Shown piece by piece: positions 12,999-25,840 of a DNA stretch of 64,000 bases; positions within the stretch are counted from its first letter, which is position 1, and each line of letters starts with the position of its first letter. A program made the translations under genes and the position numbers. The notes below the pieces were generated by a model that saw only the letters and a list, made by a program, of their open reading frames with translations, did no database searches and had not been told where the DNA came from. This DNA is from Octopus vulgaris (Eukaryota), in the NCBI GenBank assembly GCA_951406725.2, contig OX597817.1, positions 45,446,001-45,510,000 on the forward strand, written 5' to 3'.

Positions 12999-13787
12999 GC
13001 AGGCATGGCTATGTGCCTCCTCCCAACTCATTTTTACAGGTTCAGCCCCACTGCATGGAACCTTGAACAAGCGTCATCTACAATAGCCTTGTGGATGGAT
13101 TTGATAGCAAAAACTGAAAGAAGCAGGTCGTACACACATACACATACACACACACATACTTATATATGTATATACATATAAGAGAGATGACCACTTAGTG
13201 AACATCCGTTATGCTAGAAGGCGATCCCCTATAGTCTTAGCACTAAGAAAGAAATGTTCTCAAGAAAATTTAGCAAACGCCAAAACGTAGGCGAACAAGA
13301 CAAAGATAGAAAATATACAGATTAATCACAAATCCGGTTTCGTGGTTACTACTTACGTAATCACTTACGTAGATCTCTGCAACTAGTCAGTGTGATCGTC
13401 ATAGCAAAATATAATTTGTAGAACTATACACAAAACGTACGTATGAGATTGAACATGTATATAGTTGTACCAATTACATTTGGGGTTACGTTTCAAAAGT
13501 CTTCTTGGGAACATTCCTTCCTTAGTGGTAAGACCATATGGTGTCGTCTTCTAGCATAATGGATGCTCACTTATTGGTCATCTCTCTTATGTGAATGTAG
13601 TATAATTTTTCTGAATCTTCAGAATTGTCTATATGCAAGACCCTGGTTTTAAATTGATATTTATCAAATTAATATTCAATTTTTCACCCTTATTATTCTA
13701 AATTTATATATGTATATTATATATTTATATATGTATATATATATACACATATTAATACACATATATGTATGTGTGTGTGTTCAGAGA

Positions 13788-13846
<59 letters not shown>

Positions 13847-14058
13847 TTCTATATGTGGGTGTATCTGTCTCGCTGTATTTGCCCCCCGCTATAGGTTGAC
13901 AACTGCTGCTCCGATTTTACGTATCCGTAACACACCAATTCAGCAAAAGAGGACATCAGAGTGCCAGTCTTAAGAAAAATGTACTGGCGTCGGTTCGTTT
14001 GACTAAAATTCTCGAAGACGTTGTGCCAGCTTGGTTGCAGTCTTTTGACTGAAACAAG
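12999..14058 (+). mobile_element. Degenerate SINE family B split in two (5' half about 12999-13132, 3' half about 13855-14058) by an insertion in its internal microsatellite
   Basis: aactgaaagaagc in the 5' half; ttgacaac..cagcaaaagag..tgactgaaacaag in the 3' half. Confidence 0.65.
13179..13589. mobile_element. Element with about 95-bp imperfect inverted repeats enclosing a degenerate hammerhead
   Basis: 13179-13271 is the imperfect reverse complement of 13497-13589; minus-strand ATCACA-CTGACTA...GAAACCGG..TGTGAT at 13396-13325. Confidence 0.75.
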
Positions 14059-14421
14059 CATTCTATGCTGAATGGTGGAAGAGAATGGGCAGATTTTTGA
14101 AATCCAACGAACCTCTTTACAAAGATACCTTTTCAAAGAGATATGATAAACCTATTATAATGGGTACTACCACGTGTACTTTTTATTTTGTGATGTAATC
14201 TTTGGGCTAACAATGTTTGCGGCTAAAGAGAGCTTTAAACCATCTTTTATATCAATAATATACTGATGTAATAACAAATTGTTTATAAAGCTTAAAACAC
14301 GTATACCGCGATATCCTTTGTGTTCTGTTTTTAATTCATGTTTAATATATTCTCTCACGTCTGCCAATATCTGGCATATACAGGTGCTTACACTTATCAA
14401 GTATTCACTCTAAACTTACAG

Positions 14422-14482
<61 letters not shown>

Positions 14483-14484
14483 CT

Positions 14485-14537
<53 letters not shown>

Positions 14538-15499
14538 ATGTATGTATATATATATATTATATATAAATATATATATATATATGTGTGCGTGTGTGTATGT
14601 GTGTGTATCTATTTATATATATTTACTCACACACAGACACACATAGATATATGTATTGTGAATATATGCACAATGATACAGATAAAGATACATGTATATT
14701 AAATGAGAGAAAACAGAGAAAATGTAAATATACAGACGACATACGGCAGAAATGTTTCGATTGATCATTAATGTCGGACGCCTGCGTGCTCTCACGAACG
14801 CGCGTGCGCACTCTTACAGAACCACGGGCACATGTGCATGCACATACAGTACATGTATGTGTGTATATCTATGAGTGTGTACGTAGATCTATGCATTAAT
14901 GAGTCTAGACATACGCTGTAAGGACTGTTAAGTCCAGAACATGAATTGATGCTTGTCACTTGCAAAATATTGCTATCCAAATATTTCGAGCCATAACTCA
15001 TTAGGAAACCTAATTATGAGTTGTTTAAGACTGTTTTATACCAGACATACAATATTGTTAAGAAGCAGATGTAGACACAAAGAATTGGTGTAACACTTGC
15101 TGATCAATGCAATAAAAAGCTTGATAACTAATTACAGTAAGTTATATACATCTACGTCTGTAAACCCACATTCACTTGCGAATGAATCTTGTCATCAACT
15201 TTTCATCATACATAATTTCTTTTAAATATTCACCGATGTTCTTTCCTTCTGTGCTTCCGTATTTGTCTACTTCTCAGTGTGTGTATACAAACAAGGGAAC
15301 AACAAAAAGTATTTTCAGTTGTTGACTGCTATAGGTTCTTTTCATCGTTACGAATCATTTGTTTATTTTGTGAGTTTATTTAACAGTCATTACATAAAGC
15401 ATGTCTTCATCCATACGTTGTCTGATTGAATGTGGAGACGCAAGAAACTGACGTCGGCGAGGCTATGCGTCATCTGATTTTAACAGTTGTGTATATGTA

Positions 15500-16050
15500 T
15501 TGTTCTATATTTTGGAGATGAGGAATTCCGTACGATATTTCTATTTGATGGATATGTGTCCTCATCTTGTTTGTTGTCACCACAACGATTTACTCTCCAG
15601 CCTTCATCAGATCTGGTAGAATTTTGAATCCAACTCTTGGTTTTACTGATGTTATTATTATTCATTAAGGAATTGAACTCGCAATCTTGAGGTTTGTAGC
15701 CTGCGCTCCTAACCATTACGCTATATTCCCATAAGGCGGCGAGCTGGCAGAATCGTTAGCACGCCGGGCGAAATGCGTAGCCGTATTTCGTCTGCCGTTA
15801 CGTTCTGAGTTCAAGTTCCGCCGAGGTCGACTTTGCCTTTCATCCTTTCGGGGTCGATAAATTAAGTACCAGTTACGCACTGGGATCGATATAATCGACT
15901 TAATCCTCTTGTCTGTCCTTGTTTGTCCCCTCTGTGTTTAGTCCCTTGTGGATAGTAAAGAAATATATATTCCCATGGGCAATTATAGAGTGAATTTTAG
16001 TACTTATAAACGTAATATTTTTGTATCCTTCCTTAATACTGGTTCCCATT
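15500..16050 (-). mobile_element. tRNA-headed element carrying a hammerhead remnant, interrupted by a SINE A copy
   Basis: Minus strand has tRNA-like tagcgtaatggttaggagcgc...gagttcaattcc (15730-15669), then CTGATGA-A-GGCTG...CGTT (15610-15583). Confidence 0.55.
15733..15965 (+). mobile_element. SINE family A, full length, with 11-bp TSD
   Basis: TSD tatattcccat at 15722-15732 and 15966-15976. Confidence 0.97.
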
Positions 16051-16244
16051 TTCTACTCATATCTGAAACCATGAAAACCCAAAAGGAACTAAACTATTCT
16101 AACGATTTTCTTAACAGCTGGGAACCACCTTGAGTGTTACCTCGCAGATTTACTTGGAAGAACATTTATTCTTCGCAGAAATTTTGAAGCTCTACGGTGA
16201 TGCCGTTGTTTGAAACATCATGTGCTCTAATATCATGTGCTCTT

Positions 16245-16344
16245 CGATCTAGTTTAGATTCTTTGCCATCGAATTTGATTGCAAAAAATTCAAATTTGAT
16301 TGCAAAGCATTCAAAGTTGAGGGCAAAGAATTCAAACTAGATCG
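16245..16344. repeat. 100-bp hairpin with internal 21-bp tandem units
   Basis: cgatctagtttagattctttgcc pairs with ggcaaagaattcaaactagatcg; inner units resemble aaatttgattgcaaag.attc. Confidence 0.75.
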
Positions 16345-18394
16345 TAAACATCTGTAATATTGTTTGTTGAAATTCCAGATAAACACAACCACACAACATT
16401 TATACGTTTTATATTTTTTTGGTGGTGGTGGTGGTGGGTAAACATCTTCGAATTCTTGTTTTAAGTAAAAACGTTGTCCCAAACAGCAATTTTTCACCTT
16501 CGTTGCTTTTGCCTCACTTACTTTAACAGTTCTTACTTGTCGGCAACACTTTTTGCTTTCGAGATTCTTTCTAGAAGTATACGATCGAAACATCTGAAAT
16601 TGTGATTATACACAATAAAAACAGACCTAGCTTTGCGGTTTTGAGTTAAAAGTTAGGATTTAGGTTTAGGTTGTTGACTAGTATTAGGATTTATGTTCTA
16701 GGAATAAGATTATGATGGGAATTTAGAGTTAGACTTTAAGGTAAGGACTAAGAGTTAATAACTAATATTTGAAATATTTTTGTGTGTGAGCACTTAGTCT
16801 TACGCTTTCTATAAACAGAATGTGAGAAAATAGAAAGATTTGAATTTGCGTGCAATGTTCTACGGAACTGGAATCTGTATTTTAAAATTGGGATATCTGA
16901 CGGAAAAGTATTCTTAAAAGAAGGAAAAATCTTTTAAGTGTTCTTAGTCTGAAATTTTGCTGAGTATGTTTCCAAGCGATTTAGAATAAGCTAAATAAAG
17001 TGCTTTGCGACGTCATCACTAATTCCCCGATCCTTCATCTCTGGTATTCAGCTAGCTAGCTACTTTATGAAGTTGTAATGGACGGGTGGGCAACTACGAG
17101 TAAAGAGTGAGAGAAAAGGGGTAGGTAGATTTATGTGCAGTGGATATCTGACTGACAGAAAGATGGTAAATGAGAAAAGGAAGACTGAGGAGATTGTTGT
17201 GACGTGTCACACATAAACAAATTATAACGTCACACGCAAACAAATATATGTATACACGCATATACACCTTAAAGCACAAAATATATATATACACACACAC
17301 CATAGTTTCATATAAACGCGTGCGCTTATTGAAGTCTAAGTCTGATGGCTTCATAAACATACGTTAGATAGCCACACACACGCACATATACACATGCAGA
17401 CGTCCATACACACGTATACGTACGCATAAAAACACAAAAGTATACAGGTACACGTTACTTCATACACACTCCATAGCTGTTGGCATGCACATATACACAC
17501 GTACACATTAGTTTCTTATATACACTCGTGCTTGCTCACATAGACACACATATACTGGCCATTCGTTCACGCATACACCCCCGTACAAAACTTCGCGCGT
17601 ACAGACTTCATCTTCTTAGTCTCTCTCTTCAACATCTCTCTTTCCCTCTCTCTCCCTCTTTCACTCTCTCTTTTTCTCTCAACCTCCCCCTCTCTATATA
17701 TACGCACTGATACACATATACACAATCACTCTCAGAAAACACACACGTAAATGCAATAACTCAGCCACACACATTATGTGTGTATATATACATATGTAAT
17801 GTTTACCTTGTGTTAATCGGAAGGCAACCAATATAAGATAGTTTTCCATGCCATAAAGATTTTCAGTACCCCCTTATCGGTACCCGAAAAATGTACAAGT
17901 GTTTGTCTGGTACTTAATTTATTGATCCCGAAAATTCCCTGAGACTTGAAAATAAATTTTAACGCTATGCTTTGGTACCTCAAAAATATACCTGTAAAAG
18001 TAAGAAATCTTTATACTGCAAAGGCTTAAAAGTATCAATACTGTGAAAAATATGTCCTGGCACAGTTTGGTTTTACGGACACCTACACCCACACATTTTA
18101 AGGTCTGTCGGGCATTTTTGAGGGATTTTAAAGGGCTGTGGGCTCTTGAAGCCCAAGGTGTTACAGTATCTGGTCCTGTACAAATTGGAGATCTCTTCCA
18201 TCGTGGCTCAGAGGTCTTTGCACTTGTAAATTCCCGGGTGTCTAGAGATGCCATGAAAAGTTCACATTAGTGAAGAATTTACTAATTTGGATAACACTAG
18301 GATGAATACCGAAGGTCTTATTTAAAAATATATGTTATATATCTTGTGGTGAGTATCATTTTTAGTGAGTGCTTGTTCTACATAAAAGCATGGG

Positions 18395-18456
<62 letters not shown>

Positions 18457-18715
18457 TATATATAATATAAAAATATGCATATATACATACATGTATGTGC
18501 ATACCTACATATATATGTATATATACATGCATGGATGGGTACAGAACATAAAAAATACGTTGAACACAATGAGAAACGAAAACATAAAAGCAAAAACTTA
18601 GAAACGAAAATTTTTTCGAACAACGAAAAACAAAAATGGACAAACGAGACATGCAACATAAAGAATATACCCCTTCTTCAGTTGTCCCTGTTTCAACTAC
18701 TCCACATCCCGAAGT

Positions 18716-18870
18716 CAAGCTGGCAGAATTGTTAGCACTCCAGACGAAATGCATAGCGGTATTTCTTCTGCCGTTACGTTCTGAGTTCAAATTCTGCCGA
18801 GGTCAACTTAGCCTTTCATCCTTTTGAGGGTCGATTAAATAAGTACCAGTTATGCACTAGGGTCGATGTA
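18716..18870 (+). mobile_element. SINE family A, 3'-truncated
   Basis: gctggcagaattgttagcac...aagtaccagttatgcactagggtcgatgta. Confidence 0.9.
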
Positions 18871-18993
18871 GGGTGGAGTACTAGTATGTGGGTGCGGAGC
18901 GGTGCGGAAAGTTCGGAAAGTGGTTCAGAGATGCAAGTACGAAGAGTAGGAACTTCAGTCAGGATCAAATGGGAATAACTGAGATTGATCCTG

Positions 18994-19097
18994 ACTAGGC
19001 TCGAAACGTAGTTTCCATTTTTCCCTTGCGTGAAACTAATACATTTGCTTGTCGTTCATATACCTCTCTTCGCCATTTTTTCTACAAATTTCAACTA
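18994..19097 (+). mobile_element. 5'-truncated copy of the CUGUNGA hammerhead subfamily element
   Basis: taggctcgaaacgta followed by aaactaatacatttgcttg, matching 25611-25730. Confidence 0.65.
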
Positions 19098-20104
19098 TAT
19101 ATATTTCTTACTTCTTTTTCAATTTTCTTTCTCATTGTATTTTCGCTTCTGTATTAAGAAATACACACGGACATGGACTTCTTATCATTTCCTTATTTAT
19201 TTTAATGGAGGATTCATGCCCAATCATCGAGGGCTATTTTTTCTCCATTGCAGCGTAAAGCTTACTTTTTCCTGTATTTATCGCTTTATTATTTATAGTT
19301 TTTATACACCAGCTAGCGTGTACGTATGCCTATGTAAGTGTGGAAGCAGTGTGATTGTGCGTATTTTGGTAAATTCATTTCTATTTTGTTCAAATGATGT
19401 AAAATAAATATTAAACCTGTTGCTCTGATTGGCTGTAATAATTACTTTGCTTTATTTTACTGTTTTCTTGGAACTATACGTATGTATGTGTTCCCAACAA
19501 ATGACGATTTAGATGCGCATGTATTTGTATGTGTGTATTAACAATGTATCTATGTATTTATATATGCATGCGTGTATGTATTTTAACACGATCAATTATC
19601 GATTAATTTTATGATAACTAATGACACTATGAATCGCCAATCTAATTCTGGAAGTCGTTGCCGATGTAAACATATTTGTATATTTATGCCATCAAAGGCT
19701 AAACTACAAAGAATTGAACTTTAATTACTTCAGTTTCAATTAAATATAAGCACCTTTTTATCGTTTCCTGATATATATTTTATATATATTTTACAGATAT
19801 TTTTTTCTTGCATCAAAATGACCAATATTTATAGGTAAATAACATCAAACGTTGTTGACACATCTACATAATTATTGATTAGGGAAATAAAGAAAAATAC
19901 GTTAACTTTGCATGATTATTTGTTTAATACGCAGGCGACTTCTATATCCTATACCAAAACAGTGCAACCGAAATTTCGCATGTTTTCGAATGTTTGGTGT
20001 TGTACTAAGCAAATGTATTTTGCCAAACGAAAGAAAAAAGCACTTGTACTCGCTTTTTTCATGGCTATGATAGTGTTTGCGTTTTATTCTTTGATATGTA
20101 GCAT

Positions 20105-20492
20105 GCGGCGAGTTAGCACGCCGAATGAAATGCATTGCGGTATTTCGTCTGCCGCTACGTTTTGAATTCAAATTCCGCCGAGGTCGACTTTGCCTTTCAT
20201 CCATTCGGGGTCGATTAAATAAGTACGAGTTACGCACTGGGGTCGATATAATCGACTTAATCCGTTTGTCCTCTCTGTGTTTAGCCCCTTGTAGGTAGTA
20301 AAGAAATAGGTATTTCGTCTGCCGTTACGTTCTGGGTTCAAATTCCGCCGAGGTCGACTTTGCCTTTCATTCTTTCGGGGTCAATTAAATAAGTACCAGT
20401 TACGCACTGGGGTCAATACAATCGACTTAATCAGTTTGTCTTTCCTTGTTTGTCCTCTCTGTGTTTAGCCCCTTGTGGGTAGTAAAGAAATA
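20105..20492 (+). mobile_element. SINE family A head-to-tail dimer
   Basis: Second unit starts at the internal ggtatttcgtctgccg (20309), directly after the aaagaaata end of unit 1. Confidence 0.93.
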
Positions 20493-23349
20493 AGTAAAAT
20501 AAGGGATTGTGAAAATCTTCATACGAAGGTTAGGGCCGGTATGTCTCCTGCGTAGGGTGTAATGTTTTAAAAAATATCTGTAAATTTAGGAAGAAACCAG
20601 GTTTATGTTGATTGTTTAAAATTCAAATAAAGTTTATTATATGCTGCGCTTTCCTCTTATAGTGTATGATTATTCGGTTTATATCAGATGTCTTCTTTGC
20701 ATTATCATTTTCCTAATGATATTGCATTTAAGTGTGTTGATGTAATGTTTCTGATATATGTTATGTTAGCGAAGGACTTGATGGAATATATTATGCTAAT
20801 GTGAAACGTGTTCCTGTCTAACATTAGGAAAATTTTACTTTTGACAGTTATGCCTGTTTATTTGTTGTATAATTTATCTGAATGTTTCTTATAAGTATTT
20901 GTAAATTGTAAGATCACCAGCAATATTCAACCTATCTAAAAGTTTCAGCGATAAATCTGGGAACAAGAAAGTCGTGTTTCCTAGCTAAAATTTCACTTAT
21001 GGCTATCTCTTCCATAAAATAGGTTTTGAAAGCAATTGTGTTGTACCGTACGCGGTATTGTCTCGTGATTGCATACCTTACTAGATTTTAATGATGGTAA
21101 GTAAAGTCTTCACTAATTTCCTATATCAATGTGATGTTAAATTCGATGACATTTGGCTAATTTGTATCTCCTGATTTTAGGGTGTATATGTTTTACGAAA
21201 TAACGCTCTGACTATGGCCAGATGTATAAAGTTTGCGTTTCAAAGTATATTTAAAAGCTTTAGACTTTCTGATATACGAAGTGTTATTGTTGTGCTATTC
21301 CAGCCTGTTCATTAGTTTGTTTGGTAAATTTTCTTTGTATCCATCGTCCAATGACGTGTGAAGAATAATCATAATAATTAATGGACATAGTTTATTGTGT
21401 ATTTAAATTCTACTTCTATCGCTGTTTTTTCAGCTAAAGAAATATCGATTTTATATTCAGCTCTAGGCTCTATGTTGGAAACCATACAAACTATTTTGTG
21501 TCTTTTTCTTGTTAATTTTTCACTTTTGTTTGTTTAAGTACTATATTGTTTTTTCTAATATTGCTGTGGATATTATACATGATTCTGTATCTATATAACG
21601 GTGAACACAAATCTATGAATGGCAATTAAGGATTAAAATTCGTAATTCGTAACAAGTAATCAATTTACATTCAAGTTTTCACATTTTCTGTCCGTCCCAA
21701 TAATTTCAGCCTCATCAAGCTCAGTAAAAAATTAATATTATTGCGAAGAAATTCTATTCATTTCTTGAGGTTTCTGTTGTGTTCAAATTCTAAACTTCTA
21801 AATATAATTTGCGGTTGTTTCAGTATTGACTTTGAAAATTGCGAGTATTGGTTTTATACTGTTTTTTGCCGATACATGGCATAGAATGTGAAACTACATA
21901 TTAAATGCTACACCCTCTTCAATCTTTAATCATTTAAATCATTATGTGAAGCGAATCATGATATCATGTTGTATTACATAGCAACATAGAATATGCAAAT
22001 TTAAATTTCACATTTATTCGTGTATCAAATGGCTGTATTTATATCATCAAGTTATTTATTTCGAACAAAGTGGTCCTTAGCTAATTAGAATCAATCATTA
22101 GCTTCTGAATACGACGTAAAATAAATAATGACATAGAAATGGAGAAACTGTTTAGAAATAGAATGGTTTACTAATTAAGGTTTTAATTGTTTTTCTTCAC
22201 AGCTTAACTTTGTGTAAATAGTATTCATGCATTTTAAACTCTGCTCGCAGTTCCGTCTTGAATATTATCTATTCTAGGTTCCTGCCACCTTCTTGCAAAA
22301 GAGTTTAACCCGCTCCACCTGGGTAGTTAGTCTTCAATATAACGGTTTACTAAACTTCTCACCTTGGAGACGTAGAGAGCCGTAAGCTATTGCAGATCAA
22401 TACGGAGTTAATGTAACTCACTGATAATCGTAAACGCTTTACCATAAGTTATGCAATTATCTTAATTTACACAACTGCAGAGGCAGTAATTATAGGATTG
22501 TTATCGATTAGTTACGATAAACCACGTGTATTTATTTAATATATCTTGAAGCAATGAATGTATTGGCTAATTACTGGTAATTCCTATAAAAACATGTTTA
22601 TTTGAGTGTATCACCGAAGATATATATATGTAGAGAGACACACACATATATGTATATGTACACGTGAGACTCTGCGTGTGTGTGTTTGTGCGTGTGTGTG
22701 TGTGTGTCTGTGTTTGTGTGTGTGTGTGCGTGTGTGTGTGTGAAGTGAAAGTGTATAATACACCTTAGGGTCAAAATTTGTTTAATATAGTGATGAAACA
22801 GGCAATATCTGCTAATCTGTTTTGTTCTCAGATATTTTACTATCGAGTCGTTTCCACTCAGAAATGATATCTCAGATAAGATTTGAATACGTTATAACAA
22901 TTCAAAGAGAAAAGCAATTTTATCCTCTACATTTTCCCTGTTCAACAGCCTAATAAAAATGAAACATATTATGTTATGGCTTTTATTATTGAAAAAAGTA
23001 TTGGCTGGGAAATAATACAGACAAATAATTGGTTTAGAAGTAATACGGAAATCTTTATGTCGCAGTTCCCTGCACTACTCAATAAAAGAATCCTGCAGTT
23101 CAACTGTTAATAATGTGATTCTTTATTTTTTCTAGATTCTTTAGAAAAAAAATTGAAATCGTCTATTGATTTAAATGTTTTAAACTTTTCTCTAAAACGA
23201 TTCATAGATTTTATAGATGCATTGAACTCTGAAAAGGAAGTAAATAATATCGAACATTTTTTTCTAAATATGAACAAAATATGAGGGTTGTGCGTATAAT
23301 TACCAAACGCGATACGGCAATTGTTATTAGCTAGATATTACCCATATCT

Positions 23350-23683
<334 letters not shown>

Positions 23684-24405
23684 GGATGTTCTTACTTTAG
23701 AGTTCAGGTTAGAATTTCTAAGAAAGCATGAAATCACCAGCTAGCAGAAAGTAACGATATATTGATATATTCCTGCCAATATTTGCAGTGACAATTGATC
23801 AAAATAGAAATCGATTACGAAAAGGATTTGAGAAAGTTATATTATCTTTTATCAGTATTTAAGTCAAGAAGAATTGCTAAGGGATTCGACTAACTACGTC
23901 GTGAGCACTATTGGCAATCCAAATATTAAACAGTATGTTTAAGCGATGAGTACTCTATATTAAAGCTATTTGTCAGATAATAATAGGTTCAATACATGCA
24001 AGTATCACAAATACACGAATTATTCATCGCGTAATAACTAAACGAGTTTGTGAAGGAAATGTTTCAGTGATATATCTGCGAAATATCAGTAAAACACTTA
24101 TGGAATCAGAGATTACATGGATGATAAATATCGAACAGAATAGAGGGAGACAAAACGAAGAAGAGAGAGCGATAGAGTCATAGAGTGGAGAATTTTTAAG
24201 AAAGATACCATTATATACAAAACGAAAATAATAAATGTTATACTGATGAATATGTAAGTATATATTATCAGTACTTGGTATGTTGTAAAATGATTGTCAA
24301 ATGAATACTTTAGTGTTGACAAAAAGTAATAAATAAAATAAAAAAATAAGAAAAGAGCGTGTTCCCGATCTCAAAATATGTTTCAGGATTAAGTGTAAGT
24401 TATAA

Positions 24406-24696
24406 GTGGCTTAGTGGTTAGGGCATTCGGCTCAAGATCGTAAGGTCGCGATATCAATTCTAGGTGAGGTATTGCGTCCAGGAGCAAAACACTTTATTTC
24501 ACATTGCTCCAGTCCACTCAGCAGGCAAACATGAGTGGACCTGTAATTCAAAGGGCCAGCCTTGGCATACTCCGTGTCAAACTGAATCTCCCTGAGAACT
24601 ACGTTAATAGTACATGTGTCTGTGGAGTGCTCAGCTACTTGCTCGGTAATTTCACGCGCAAGCTATACTGTTGATCGTATCGGCTGGGACCATCGT
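24406..24696 (+). mobile_element. SINE group C (H2+M2+T1), degenerate
   Basis: Colinear with 3771-4088. Confidence 0.88.
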
Positions 24697-24927
24697 AAGT
24701 CATGTACTAAAATCATTGCATAAATATATAAATTGTTTCCGAATGCTATCAATGTTAAACCATGCAGAGGAAATAACGGTCTCGTGAAAAACGAGGCTTT
24801 GAAATACACAGTAAATATAATCTCTTCTTGCGGAAAAGCAATTTATCCATTATTCGAAATGCGCTCAAAAGTATCTCTAGCTTTCATAATATTTGTTTAC
24901 ATATAACACACACACACACTCACACAC

Positions 24928-24961
<34 letters not shown>

Positions 24962-24989
24962 GTGTGTGTGTGTGTGTGTGTGTGTGGGG

Positions 24990-25032
<43 letters not shown>

Positions 25033-25082
25033 AAATACTAAATTTCTAAATCTCTCGTAGAGACATGTACGGTGGTGGGGCG

Positions 25083-25374
25083 ATAGAATGGTTGTATACT
25101 GTCAATCTAACACGAACTTGACAGTAGGGGTACACCACCGCTGTATAGCCCTAGGAAGCATTGACGCCTCCTGATGGCTTTGACACATTTTTTCCTGTGT
25201 CCTTATATACATTTACGAAGGGAGTTTGTCTCCCCTTCGTAAATGTATATAAGGACACAGGAAAAAATGTGTCAAAGCCATCAGGAGGCGTCAATGCTTC
25301 CTAGGGCTATACAGCGGTGGTGTACCCCCCTACTGTCAAGTTCGTGTTAGATTGACAGTATACAACCATTCTAT
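25083..25374. repeat. Near-perfect palindrome, arms about 140 bp, loop about 5 nt
   Basis: 25083-25224 is the reverse complement of 25230-25374, differing only in the length of two G/C runs. Confidence 0.97.
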
Positions 25375-25445
25375 ATATATATATATAATTGATATATGTA
25401 GATAGATTGATTGGTAAATTAATAAATAGGCAGACAGACAAACAA

Positions 25446-25516
<71 letters not shown>

Positions 25517-25559
25517 TGGAATGTGAGAGTGAGAGTGATAAATACATATATATGTATAT

Positions 25560-25730
25560 ATGTGTATTTTCTCTCTCTGCTTATTTCTGTGTTCCTTTTT
25601 GTTAAGAGCGTAGGCTCGAAACGTAAAAGACTCTCTCACTTCCCGAGCGTCAAACTAATGCATCTGTTTGCTGTTTATACACCCGTCTCCGCCTTTTCCA
25701 TTTTTGTTTGTTTTTGTAAATTCCAACTAT
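25560..25730 (+). mobile_element. Hammerhead-bearing element, CUGUNGA subfamily (core degenerate)
   Basis: cttt-TTGTTA-AGAGCGTAGGCTCGAAACGTA-AAAG; flanked by TA-rich arrays. Confidence 0.75.
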
Positions 25731-25741
25731 ATATGTGTATA

Positions 25742-25796
<55 letters not shown>

Positions 25797-25840
25797 TAAT
25801 ATTAATAATAATAATGATGATGATGATGATGATGATGATG

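Noticed and set aside
18660-18706. Minus-strand GAAAC...CTGAAGAAGGGG in a TA-adjacent insert
   Set aside because: Motif order and stems do not give a type I fold, and the region is cut by a SINE
20520-21600. Strand-skewed stretch that might be an old LINE or PLE body
   Set aside because: No recognisable protein motif could be read
22278-22386. Possible exons with AG/GT boundaries (also candidates at 23136 and 27129)
   Set aside because: Short open frames with no homology and conflicting strand options, as expected by chance
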